Shown here: piece after piece, positions 51,023-62,938 of the stretch | How the letters are laid out: every line of letters starts with the position of its first letter | How positions within the stretch are numbered: position 1 is the stretch's first letter | From: Monocercomonoides exilis PA203 | Taxonomy: Eukaryota; Protista; Preaxostyla | Reading direction: 5' to 3' | Assembly: GCA_001643675.2 (NCBI GenBank) | Contig: LSRY02000049.1 | Coordinates: forward strand, 558,001-622,000 | Length of the DNA: 64,000 nt | Program-made: the position numbers and the translations under genes | Notes under the pieces: generated by a model | Told to the model about the DNA's origin: nothing | Seen by the model: the letters and a program-made list of their open reading frames with translations, nothing else | The model's database searches: none

Positions 51023-53182
51023 TCATCTTCTCTTTTTCTGCTTGTGTGCTTCGTCACGTGACAATGAGCGTGAGTGTGAGCGCGATGGATGGGATCTCGA
51101 ACGCGATCTCGAGCGGGACTTGTATTTGTGGTGTGAATGCCTCCTGCTGGTGTGATGCGAAGTGCGACTCTTGTCTCCGTGTTTTGAAGAAGAGGAAGAG
51201 GAAGAAGAAGAAGAAGGTGCAGAAGATGAGGAAGAGGAGGAAGAGGAAGAGGAAGATGGAGCAGATGAAAGAGATGATGATGAAGAGCTTGATTGTTTGG
51301 AAGGCGAATGGTGACTGCTCTTTGTAGATCTCTTGCTTTTGGAAGATTCCGATGATTTATCTTTCTTATCAGAAGTAGACTTCTTCGATGAACTTGAGCT
51401 AGATTGGGATGATGAAGAAGAAGATGATGAAGAAGAAGAACCAGAAGAGGTCGAAGATGAAGATGATGACGATGGAGATGACGATGAGGAAGAGTTAGAA
51501 GAGCGAGACGAGTGCGAAGAAGCTCCTTTCTGAGCAGCTTCATTCGAAGATTGCGAAGATGACGGGAACAGCGGAGGCTGTCCAGGTTGTCCAGGCTGCC
51601 CAGGCTGCATCGGGGCACCAGGATACATTTGTGCTGGTGGCTGGTGTCCCAGCATCGAAGGGATAATGCGCGGCATCATGCCATCGAGCAACGGGCCATG
51701 CGGAGGAATTCCATATGCGCCATTTGCAGCAGGTATACCGTTCTGGCTGGGCGGCTGGAAAGGAGGCGGGGATCCCATTGGATAGCTAGACGCTGGTGGA
51801 GCACCCATGTCCTGTGTCTGGAAGAGCGGAACTTTGCCTGGCTGAGCCTGCTGCTGTTGCTGTTGCAGAGATGGGTTTTGTGTTGGATATTGCGGACTTC
51901 GCATTGGATAGCTGAAGTTTGGTCTTTGGCCTGCCTGTTGGAAGGGCATTTGCGGGTTTCCCTGAGGCATCATCTGTGCCTGCTCTCCCGGATACATCAT
52001 TTTGAGTGGTTCTCCGCTTTGGCCAGGCATGAGAGGATATTGTGAAGAGCCTGTCTGTGTTGGAGAAGGAATTGCATGGGAACTCTGTTCGCTGGGTTGC
52101 TGCGAGCCAAATGAAGCAAACTGTTGTTCAGATGCAGCTGTTGATGGACCTTTCTCTCCAGCCATTTGTTCAGGTTGCTTCGCACGTATTGGATCTGAAG
52201 CGAACGGCTCGTTTCCTTGGGAGCCAGAAGAAGGTGAAGAGGCTGTATTTAATTGCATCATGGAGGCAGATGGTGCAGAACCAGGAATATGAGATGCAGA
52301 AGATATTGGAGGAAGTGATGGTGCAGAAACTGATGGAGCACCAACTGGATTTTGAGGAGACGCTGAAATAGTGGAAGGTGACGGAGTTAATGTTGATACC
52401 AAAGATGAAGATGAAGATGCACTGGAAACAGAAGGTTTCGTTTCTGTTGCTTGCATTACTTCGAGTTCAAATGCAGCAAAATCTGGATCCAAATCAAGAG
52501 ATTCATCTACATGAGGCTTTTTCTTTTCAGGTTGAACTGCGAGTGCGGCAATTGGATGTGCCTGTATCGTCGGTTTCTGGAGAAGGGGTCCTGTTCCGCT
52601 TAGTGAAACAATTGGTATCACAGAAGATTTTGTCTGATCTTTTGATTGGGACCCCTCGAATTTATTTTTTACATCTGCTCTAAGTGCTGTCTGTTTCGCA
52701 CAATATGTAAGCCATGTTTCTTCATTGAATCCATAATTAAAATAATCAGTTAAATCAGCGCCTGGTTGATTCCAAGGTTTTCCAGTTTGCTCCAGGTCAA
52801 CTTCAAAGATTGATTGACCTTTATAAAATGGAGGTGGAGCATTTGGTGCTAGCATTTTTTCCATTTGTGAAGAAAGACTTTGATCGTCTGCAACACTTGG
52901 CAAAGAATTTATCAGACTCGTTTTTGTTTCTGGCTTTGATCGAGTTTGGATAACCTCTAAAAAGTATATAAAGTATTTCAAAAAGCAGCAAATGAATTGA
53001 AAATCGTTATTAATATAAATGACTTCTTTGTTTCAAATAAATGTTTTTATCATACGTTGAGTGGGTTGTTTTGTGGTTTGAGCAACAGTTTCATCAGAAA
53101 GAAATGAATTCTGCAGAGTAATATCAAATCCTTCATCTTCATCAATTTCTTCAACTTTTTGTTCGGTTTCTTGTTGACTCAT
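51023..53182 (-). CDS. FIP1: Pre-mRNA 3'-end processing factor Fip1, 2 exons
   Basis: Fip1 motif IFEVDLE...KPWNQPGADLTDYFNYGFNEETWLTYC; acidic N-terminal exon 53182-53056 spliced to 52956; Pro-rich middle and RS-rich C-terminus. Confidence 0.93.
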
Positions 53183-53597
53183 TTTTTCTTTTCCCCAAAA
53201 TATTCAAAATATTTTTTGTCAAAAAAGAAAAAATTGTTAAATAGGGAAATGATCGAATGAACATTTGCGAAAACTAATCTTTATCAAGAAATAATATTTT
53301 GCAGTTATTTTTAATTTTATTCTTTTCACAATAAATTTTCCTTCAAAAGAATTTTAACTTTTTAAATATTTTTTGATGAATAATTTGTCAAAAAAGAAAA
53401 GAGAAAAATGGAAAAAATGAAACAAATAATAATGACAACTGGGAAAATTTGAAGCATTATGAATTTTGTTTGACATAATGCTTTAAAAGATTTGTCATTT
53501 CTTTATTATTTTTATTTATTTTTTTAACAAATGAATGGTGGAATTACTATCATGCGTGAACGGAAAACTTTTTGAATAAATCATTGTTTTTTAAGTA

Positions 53598-54047
53598 CAG
53601 TCAAAACCGGATATAATCACGTCGAATATAATCACATTCGTTTATAGTCACATTTTTCCATGCACTGACATTTTTGTCCAATTTTTCATTCATTTTCCAT
53701 CGAATATAATCACAGGGATGAAAATTTATAATCACATTTTAAATTATAATGGGTGATTTTTTCAATGAAAAATCGGTTTTTTGATCAGAAATATTAATTT
53801 TTGGATTTTTCAAAAATGTGCTCAAATAAGTCTGAATAATATTATAAAACAATAAAAATTGTTATTTCTATTGAAAAATGTGTATTTGTCAAGTTTTTTT
53901 AAAAATAAAAAAATCGACACAAAATTAATTATTTCAAAAATAAAATTTCATTTTTTTCTGTGTAAAGTCACATTGCTTATAATCACAATCGGATATAGTC
54001 ACAAAAAGTTGTGCAAAAACTGATGTGATTATATCCGGTTTTGACTG
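53598..54047 (+). mobile_element. MITE copy A (450 bp), Tc1/mariner(pogo)-type: 23-bp TIRs CAGTCAAAACCGGATATAATCAC, TA target duplication
   Basis: TA|CAGTCAAAACCGGATATAATCAC at 53596 and GTGATTATATCCGGTTTTGACTG|TA ending 54049; internal TATA(A/G)TCAC direct repeats; no coding capacity. Confidence 0.9.
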
Positions 54048-54057
54048 TATAAACACA

Positions 54058-54703
54058 CCAAACATTATTCAAAGTCTGAAAACTTTCATTCAAAGTCGAA
54101 ATTTTTCATTTGAAATCGAGAAATTTTCTATCGAAACCAGAAAATTTAACAAAATAAATAAATGCTTATCAAATACCATTCAACTGATGAATAATTTTTT
54201 TTCTTAAGAATTTGTGAATATTTTTCTCAATGTTTGTGTTGTTGTTTTCTGCAAATTTTGAAAATCTCTAACCAAAACAAACTCAAAAATGAATTCCACA
54301 CATAAATTTAAATATTTGTTTGCATCAATTAGAAATGAGTGTTTTGAAATAATAAAACAAGAAATAAGAGAGCCAATATTATATTTTTTTCCTTCGTTAT
54401 ATTGGTTGAAAAACTAAATTTTTCTTTGGCAAAATTTCAGTGATGAAGAGTGCTTTCAATTGAAACGAGATAAAAAAATATCAGAATTCCTCTCATATTT
54501 TCAAAATTTGCAATTAAACAAAAGGAAGCACAAAAATATATCGGAAAAAAGATTGAAAATCATCAAAATAACTAATGACATTGATATTTCAACAATATTA
54601 ATGCATTTTGACTTTTATTGATTTTTGTCCACTTTAAGAAAATTTAAAGTTTTTCGAACTTTCGACTTTGCATTGAAGTTTTCATATTTGGAATTATTGT
54701 TGG
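54058..54703. repeat. Degenerate inverted repeat (44-bp arms 54058-54101 and 54660-54703) between the two MITEs
   Basis: ccaaacattattcaaagtctgaaaactttcattcaaagtcgaaa versus the reverse complement of the right arm, ccaacaataattccaaatatgaaaacttcaatgcaaagtcgaaa. Confidence 0.6.
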
Positions 54704-54752
54704 AGAAAAGGAAAATGAGAAAGAAGAGAAAGAATTATCAAAAAAATAAATA

Positions 54753-55202
54753 CAGTCAAAACCGGATATAATCACATCAGTTTTTGCACAACTTTTTGTG
54801 ACTATATCCGATTGTGATTATAAGCAATGTGACTTTACACAGAAAAAAATGAAATTTTATTTTTGAAATAATTAATTTTGTGTCGATTTTTTTATTTTTA
54901 AAAAAACTTGACAAATACACATTTTTCAATAGAAATAACAATTTTTATTGTTTTATAATATTATTCAGACTTATTTGAGCACATTTTTGAAAAATCCAAA
55001 AATTAATATTTCTGATCAAAAAACCGATTTTTCATTGAAAAAATCACCCATTATAATTTAAAATGTGATTATAAATTTTCATCCCTGTGATTATATTCGA
55101 TGGAAAATGAATGAAAAATTGGACAAAAATGTCAGTGCATGGAAAAATGTGACTATAAACGAATGTGATTATATTCGACGTGATTATATCCGGTTTTGAC
55201 TG
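54753..55202 (-). mobile_element. MITE copy B (450 bp), inverted and apparently identical to copy A, TA target duplication
   Basis: Same 23-bp TIRs and TA flanks (54751-52, 55203-04). Sequence reads as the reverse complement of 53598-54047 by eye, while the outer flanks differ. Confidence 0.9.
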
Positions 55203-55744
55203 TACACATTTTGGATAATACAATTTCATTCGAAAAAAGAAATATTCTTCAAGAATAATCAGAAATCCAAATTATAAATAAAGTTTCAGTTTCCTGAAAT
55301 TTGAAAATTCCGAAATATTTTTATCTGTTGAAATACTAATGTATTCGTGTGATAATTAAAGAAAAATTTGTGAGAATATAATTTTTTTTAAAATAAAATG
55401 TGAAAAAAAAGATTGTGCATAATGTTTCTGATGATATCGACTTCTCAATTACAACAAGACAAGAAATCACAATAACTTTCTTGTCAAAGTATCTTTTCTA
55501 TGATCACTCTTTTGACATTGTTATCTTTCACTTTTAAGACGACAAAATGATGAAAAATCAATAATTGAAAAATCAAAGAAAAAGGTATTTTTGTTTCTCT
55601 GTGATTTCTGTAATTTTTTTTTAACGCACAGTCGACATGAAAATAAGAGTTTGAAATGTCAAAAGAGTTGGAATAAAAAAGAAACGAAAAGGGGTAAATT
55701 GTCATTATTATCCTTTATAAAGTTATTGAGAAATTGATATGGGA

Positions 55745-56717
55745 GATTATTTTTGTGAATATAACTTTTTTTGATGTGTTTATTTTTCAATGATTGTCAG
55801 TTTTTTGAAAGGAATTTTGCATTTTCATTTTTAAAGAATCACAACAATTTGAAAAACAAATGTTTTTGATTCAAAAAAGATGAAAACGTCTTTTATAACC
55901 CTTTTAACTTTTTGGTGTTCTTTTGCTGATATTCAAGGGACTTTTTTAATCCGAAAATTTTTAATGAAATATTACGACATCAAAAATAATCACCCAATTT
56001 TTTGAAAAAATCAAATACAGTCTTAACCGGATACAGTTTGCGCAAAAAATACCGGACATCGTAAAAAATACCGGACAAGATCGATATCTCAATAACCGCA
56101 AGAAGAAAAAATCTGACGATTTTCCTCAAAATAAACCCCGTCAATACAAACTCAATTGATAAACGAAACTTTCAAAATAGCTTCATTTGTGCTCAGAAAA
56201 TATATGTATCGAAATCTCGGAGAAATATGATTTTTTGTTTTCCGAGATTTCGATACATATATTTTCTGAGCACAAATGAAGCTATTTTGAAAGTTTCGTT
56301 TATCAATTGAGTTTGTATTGACGGGGTTTATTTTGAGGAAAATCGTCAGATTTTTTCTTCTTGCGGTTATTGAGATATCGATCTTGTCCGGTATTTTTTA
56401 CGATGTCCGGTATTTTTTGCGCAAACTGTATCCGGTTAAGACTGTATTTGATTTTTTCAAAAAATTGGGTGATTATTTTTGATGTCGTAATATTTCATTA
56501 AAAATTTTCGGATTAAAAAAGTCCCTTGAATATCAGCAAAAGAACACCAAAAAGTTAAAAGGGTTATAAAAGACGTTTTCATCTTTTTTGAATCAAAAAC
56601 ATTTGTTTTTCAAATTGTTGTGATTCTTTAAAAATGAAAATGCAAAATTCCTTTCAAAAAACTGACAATCATTGAAAAATAAACACATCAAAAAAAGTTA
56701 TATTCACAAAAATAATC
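55745..56717. repeat. Near-perfect 973-bp palindrome: 477-bp arms (55745-56221, 56241-56717), 19-bp loop
   Basis: gattatttttgtgaatataac... mirrors ...gttatattcacaaaaataatc; centre gaaatctcgga [gaaatatgattttttgttt] tccgagatttc; no mismatches noticed by eye. Confidence 0.95.
56018..56444. mobile_element. Related MITE-like element (427 bp) at the palindrome core; ends TA|CAGTCTTAACCGGATA
   Basis: Ends resemble the MITE A/B TIR (CAGTCaaAACCGGATA vs CAGTCttAACCGGATA), TA flanks at 56016-17 and 56445-46, subterminal AAAAAATACCGGACA repeats. Confidence 0.7.
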
Positions 56718-57175
56718 ACACAATTATATGGGTGATTATTTTTGAAATCATACTTTTTTTCGGGGTGATGATTATAATGAAAATTCATTGTCAGAGAAAA
56801 GGAATTTGTCAGTGAAATGAAAAAATTATTTCTTTTGTTTCAAATGCCAAAATTTTGTGATGAAGAAAGACAGTGATGGTTTTTAAAGGAGTTGTCACTT
56901 TTCTGTGTTTATAAACTTAAATTCAAAATATAAATATCAATCCGAATTATTTGATCGAAAATATATGATTTCAATAATAATCACCCATATGAACAAAAAA
57001 AGATATGTGCTTCATTGTTTAAATCTTTTTTTGTCATTTTTTTTATTTTAAAAAGAATTATTTGTTAAGATATCTTTCTGAAAAAATATTTTTCTCAACA
57101 ATGTTTGACGAAATTTTGTTCAAATAAAAGAATAAATGATTCATAAAGCTATTGGTTATTTTGACGTCATTTGGC

Positions 57176-57375
57176 TGATCCTTTTTGAAATCACACTTCG
57201 TTCGAGTTTTGATCATAAAATTTCATCTCAAAAAGATTTTGAAAAATTGAACAAAACATGTTAATACATATTGTTCGTAATGTTGCTTTTATTATAGCAA
57301 AATAATTTTTTGAATCCCATTGAAATATTATTTTTGATCAAAACTCGAACGAAAGAATGATTTCAAAAAAGATCA
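57176..57375. repeat. Small foldback: ~40-bp imperfect inverted repeats, ~120-bp spacer
   Basis: tgatcctttttgaaatcacacttcgttcgagttttgatca (57176-57215) versus tgatcaaaactcgaacgaaagaatgatttcaaaaaagatca (57335-57375). Confidence 0.8.
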
Positions 57376-57872
57376 TCCATTTCATTGAATTTTTCTTTAT
57401 TATATTCCATTTTTTGCAATCCAAGTTTTTCAAAATTTGTTGAAAAATTCAGAAAATGCTTTTCCAAGTAAAATAAAAGAATTTTTACAAAACTGTTAAT
57501 AATGTTTTTGAATCTTTTTTTCCCTCAATTTTCAGTGTTGATTCAGTTTTATAGAATAGAAATTTCCATTGACATAAAAGTTTGTTGAAAAAAGAAATAT
57601 GAAAACAATTAAATCTATTTTTGGAAAAGAAATCATCAATACTTTAAAGGATGAGAAGTACAATAAAACAATAAATTGAAAAGAATTGACAATACCTGCA
57701 AATAAAAAATTAAAAAAAAAAAAGATTTTTGATCAAAAACCTTTTCAAATTTGAATTAACACAAAAATATTTTTGATATATCAAACATAACGGGCTTAAA
57801 AACGAAAATACTTATAATAAGGATAAAGAAATATTACAGCAATAAAATAAACGATTCTTCTTCTTTTTTTTT

Positions 57873-59988
57873 TCAAATGACTGCTCCTGAATCTGCATTA
57901 ATTCTTTGATTTGACATGTAACTTCTTGATGAGTTTTGTTCAATACGCCGATCATCCTTGCAATTTAACGTGATTCTATTGTCCATTCCTTCTCGTCTCT
58001 CTTTCATTTTTTGCCACTGATCCCATTCAGTTGCATTTATTTCTTGAATTCGTTGTTTTTCCTCCTCTTTGTCTTCAGTCGTTTCCTGTGAATCCTCAGC
58101 ATCTGTCAATGAGATCCCCAGCTGCTCGTGTATAATCCTCATAACAGCCATCCCCTTTGGGTTTTCTGCCTCCGTCGGCTCTTCTCTCACCTGCGCTGTC
58201 GCGTCCCTCACACTCTCCATCTCCTTCAGCGCTTCCCTGTGCATCCGCTGGATGCTCTCCTCTTCATCCACCGACGTCACAATCAGATGCGTCTGCGGGC
58301 GCATCCTCATCCGCCGCCTCTCTTCAGCTACACTCTGCTCATTCGCTGCCTCCCCAAATGAATTCGCTTCTTGTTCTCTTTGCGTTGCAGACCTCCCTCT
58401 TGCAGCACGCTTTGACCTTCCCTGTGGAATGATCCCTCGCGACGACAGAATAAAACTCTCGTCGCCTGACGAAAAAGGCAGAAGACGATCAGTTTTCTTC
58501 CAAGGCAGCTGATTGGGCGGTGGGCGCGATGACTTTCCCGAAGTGACAGGCAAACACAAGGCGAAGTCAGCGACGTGGGAGTCGTGAAGTATTTCGTGCT
58601 TTTTGGTGCTGAAAAAGGGCAGGCGCTTCCAAAAGGGAAGTGGGTGTTGTGGTGTTGGTGTGGTGGATGTGGAAAGAGAAGGAGAAGGGCTTTTTTTGCA
58701 GAGCGGAGGAGAAACAGACTTTGAAGAGACAGAAGAAATGGAAGAATAAGAATGAAAAGAAGATGAGGAGGAGGAGGATGAGGATGAGAATGAGGAAGAG
58801 GAGGAAGAAGATGATGATGTGGAAGAGGAAGGCGAGGAAGACAATGAAGAAGTGGGATTTGTGGAATAAGGGGCAGAAGCTGAAGTGGTCAAAGATGGAG
58901 AAAGAGAATGATGTGAAATGGCTGATGAATTAGGAGCAGTCTGCGGTTTGCAAGCAAAAGGTGCATGCAACACAGAAGGTGTTAAAGCCTTTGGAGCCAA
59001 TGAAGGCGAAGGGCTCGAAGAGCGAGAGGGCGAAAGATCAGTCAGACGAGGAGAAGATTCACCGGCTAAGACAGGAGACGAAGGTGAAATGGAGCTTGTT
59101 GGGGTGATGAAGAGAGGAGATGGTAGAGGAGAGAGTGAGCGAATATGCTTTTGAGAAAACTGGGTGTTAGAGTTATTTTCAGGTACAGAACATTCAAAAG
59201 TGCTTTCTTTCTTGGCTGTGGATTCATCTTCGTTGTGATTTTTGATTGATTTGCTGGAAGGCTGCAATGGAGGAGTAAGAAATCTGGGTTTTATTGTGTC
59301 TTCATACGACTCTTCCACTGCTTGCATTAATAATGGATCACTTTTTGTGTTTGCCTCTCCTTCCATAAGTGGGACATCATCAATTTTTGCATCTACAAGA
59401 ATAGAAATAAATGCTGACTGATTTTTGGCAATTTCTTTAAGTAAAAGAGTATTCTTCCTCTGTATTAATTCGAGAATTTCCAATAAACTTTCGGGATGTT
59501 CCTTTATAATCCGTCTGAGTTTGTTTATTTGCGGATGTCTATAAAATTGGCGAAGTAATGGAGTCAAACGAAATTGATGATGAGTTTCATTTGAAGAACA
59601 ATCAAAATCTTTGGAAGAGGAAGAATCATAAAAATCTTTGGATAACTTATTTTTATTGTCTTTGCTTGATAATGAAAAAGAATTTTCTTTTTCCAAGTTT
59701 TTCAATAAAATTGGATCATCTTTGAAATAATAAAACACTGTTCTTCCTTCATTCTAAGTTAAAAAAAGACATTATATCACTTGAAAAATGATCAAAATAT
59801 CATACGATTAACAATTGTTGAAAAGTTGAATTGTCATTCAATATTCTACTTGATTCAACTAAGAAAAAGTCTTTTGGATTAAGATTTTTAGAATTTGCCA
59901 AAATCTGTTTTATTTCTTTCACTGTCAACGAAGGTTCAATTTTCAAAATTGTAGCTTCGTCCGTTGAAGACGAAAATCTTATATTCAT
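57873..59988 (-). CDS. Ubiquitin-like domain + XPC-binding (STI1-like) domain protein, RAD23-like but lacking UBA domains (687 aa, 2 exons)
   Basis: Exon 59988-59806 (MNIRF...LKIEPSLTVKEIKQIL...RILNDNSTF, ubiquitin fold pattern) spliced to 59753. LRQFYRHPQINKLRRIIKEHPESLLEILELIQRKNTLLLKEIAKNQSAFISIL matches the Rad23 XPC-binding pattern. The remainder is low complexity. Confidence 0.7.
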
Positions 59989-60239
59989 CCTCAAATATGA
60001 TTAAATAGGCTTTCCGTTAAAAATCGAAAATATGAACATAAACAAGTATTTCAATTGAAAATTAACTTTTAATTTCATTTATGCATACTAACAACTTTTA
60101 AAAACGTAAAATTTTATCTTCGTAATTTTTAAATTGAGATTCGAGATTTTTATAAGTAATTAAGGGTTTCGACGATAATATAAAATTTTTTGATCAAAAT
60201 TGATTTTGTATATCCTTAATTAGGAAGTTATTGGTGGAG
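59989..60239. promoter_or_regulatory. Putative bidirectional promoter RAD23-like / RPL26 (TGATCA 60191-60196)
   Basis: 251-bp AT-rich gap between divergent ATGs. Confidence 0.5.
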
Positions 60240-60866
60240 ATGAAATTTTCTCATAACGTGTCATCCAGCCGTCGCAAGTGCAGAAAAGCTCTCTTTTCAG
60301 CACCATCACACAAAAAGCGTATTGCTATGTCCATCCATTTATCAAAAGATCTTCGTACAAAATATAAGGTTGCATTTTATCAATTTTCTACTTTTTATCA
60401 TATTCTGGATCATGGTTACAATTGATTTGCTATAAATTATTGAACATTTTATAGATTCGTTCTCTTCCAGTGCGCCGTGATGATGAAGTGAGGATTATGG
60501 TTGGAAAGAAGAAGAACACAGTTGGAAAAGTGATCAATGTTAGAAGAAAGCACAATTACATTGAAGTTGACAGACTTACAAGAGAAAAAGCCAATGGTTC
60601 GTACTTGTTCAACGAATTTAAGCTTCAAATAATTTATTTATTTCACGATAATACATTCAAAAATTAAATTTTTATTTTTAAATTTAATCAATTTTTTTTA
60701 TTCAGGACAACAAGTTCACATCCCAATTCATCCATCAAACGTTGAACTTAAATCATTCAAAATGACGGCTGATAGAAAGAAACTGATTGCTCGTCGTGCT
60801 GCTGTTCGTGCAAGAGATGCAGACAAAGGAAAGATTACCCAAACTGAAGTGATGAAACTTGATTAA
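60240..60866 (+). CDS. RPL26: 60S ribosomal protein L26 (uL24), 3 exons
   Basis: Exons 60240-60368, 60455-60596 and 60706-60866. [54 protein letters not shown]. Confidence 0.97.
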
Positions 60867-61142
60867 ACAATTCAACACGCTTCACCAAACTTTGACCAAA
60901 TCACATTCTGCGGGAAATAATTGGGAATAAGGACGGATCATTTCTTTCTTTCAATCTTTTTTTTATATTTAAGCTCTCTGGTTTAAAATATAAATAAAAA
61001 ACGTAATTGTAAAAATATTCAAAAGACGACATGAAAAATGTGTGGGAATTGTGAAATACTTACACAACAAAAAAACGAATAAACAAAAAGAAAGGATAAT
61101 ATCGCATGACATGTTGAGTGAAAGAGTTAAAATCTCAACTCA

Positions 61143-62938
61143 TCACCAGTCATCATCATTATCGTCAGTATTCCAACCACCAGAACTTCGTATTTTCGTG
61201 TTTTTAACTGAAGAAGGAGCGTTCCATTCTTCATCGTTATCACTGTCGCTTTCCCAACCACTTTTTGTTGCTTTTGCTTTCGTTTGAAGAGATTTAACGG
61301 GTTTCTTTGATGTTTTTCCTGCTTCATTAGATTTGGTTGTGCTTGCTCCCCAATTCCATTCATCATCTTCATCGTCATTATCATCCTTGCTAACTTCACT
61401 TCTTGACTTTTTTTGTTGCTGACTTTTGACTCGAGCTTCTGAAGTGGGCTTTTTATGTTTTGAACTCATATTTTCATCAGAAGAGCTTTCGTCATCTCCC
61501 CATCCTCCTTTATTCTCAAACCTTGCTTCCTCTCTCTGCTCTCTCTCTTGTTTCACAACTGGTCCCTTTCTGCTCCTGTCATCGACTCTTTCCTCCTTTT
61601 CGTCTGGAACTCCAAGCCACTCCTTCTGCACTTTCTGCCACCACGTCTTTCCAGCAGCCACCGACGACTGGGCAAACCGAGCGATTCCGTCAATAGACGT
61701 CGCAATGAAGGCCTCAAAGGAAGTGTCCCCCGCATCTCCGCCGTCCCGCTCCCCGTCTTCCGGATGCGGAGTGCTGCCAACCCCGTCCCATTTTGAAGTG
61801 TGTGGTGGAAGACGAGTCGCAGGAACAGCTCTGTCTGCACCCATCTGGCTGCGCGAATGAGAAGCAGTCGAATGAGAGTGTGAGAAGCTGTCGTCTGAGT
61901 CAGAATCATCAGAGCTGTCCGATCGGTTCAATGCTTCTTTTTTCTTCTGTGGATTTTGTGGAGATGGCGAGAAGACGTTGTACTGGGCCAGTGCTTCGGC
62001 TAAAGATGATGATGCAATTTGCGAAGTGTGAGATGGAACAGAAAGCTGCTCTTCAGATCCAGAAAATCTTCCAGATTTGCCCGATGCAGATTTCGCTGGA
62101 TGCTGAACTTTTGAAGAAGATGATTGATTAGATTTATCCTTGTGATAAAGAGATTTTGGTTTTTGTTGAGATGATTGAAGCGAAAAAGCAGGAGAGTGAG
62201 TAGAAGAAGGAGATTGTGAAGGAGACTGTGAAGTAATAGTTGTCATAAATATAAATGGATCTTCGGGTTCCTCTTTTGTTTCTTCACTTTCTGAAACAAC
62301 ACTAGCATGTTTATCTTGCTTTTTAGCCTTGACAACAGGAGAATTTTCAGTTTGATCATCTGACTCTTGGATCTTTTCTTCCACTTTTGGTGAATCACCC
62401 ATTTTCGAAGAATTCTCTACAGCAATTGATTGCCTTTTTTTATCCAAAGCTTTTTGAATCTTTTTTTGCAATACTTCACGATATTGTTTTGCTGCCCTTG
62501 AAGAATATTTCTTTTGAAGATCAAAACTTTGTTGCGAATCCGTCCATCCATGAGTTTCAAAAAATTCCTTCGCTTTTTTATTTCCTCCCAATTCAAGTGA
62601 TAAAATTTCAGATTCTCTCAATTCATCAAGATCAGTTGAACTATTTTGAAGAGCATGAAATAACATAAATCAAATGAAATAAAAAGCAAACCGAATAAAC
62701 GTTTGAGCAACTCCCAGTCCTCGATGAATTCCAGCACATGCAATGCAAATACATACTCCATAAGATGCTGACATCCATCCCGTAGAATAAGCTCCGCAAT
62801 CAAAGCAATACTGCATAAGATCATAAGCAACAAAATATTCAAAATAATACCCTTCTAAAAGCATCATACTCTATTATCGCGCTGTTGCTTCACAACTGCA
62901 AGCCTCTCTTTCCAATCTGGAGAGTCTGTGCGAGACAT
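61143..62938 (-). CDS. ADP-ribosylation factor GTPase-activating protein, ArfGAP2/3 (Glo3)-like, 3 exons
   Basis: CFDC-x16-CIAC zinc finger with the catalytic HR (GIHRGLG); spliced junction FIRSTDLD; [15 protein letters not shown]; [12 protein letters not shown]. Confidence 0.9.

Noticed and set aside
16538-52683. Antisense and alternate-frame ORFs inside HYDIN, the helicase, DRC7 and FIP1 (e.g. poly-Glu/Asp or poly-Leu products)
   Set aside because: They are reverse or shifted readings of poly-Ser codon runs.
53598-54047. CRISPR-like array from repeated TATAATCAC units
   Set aside because: Repeats are only 9 bp, irregularly spaced and inside a TIR element in eukaryotic DNA; no cas genes.
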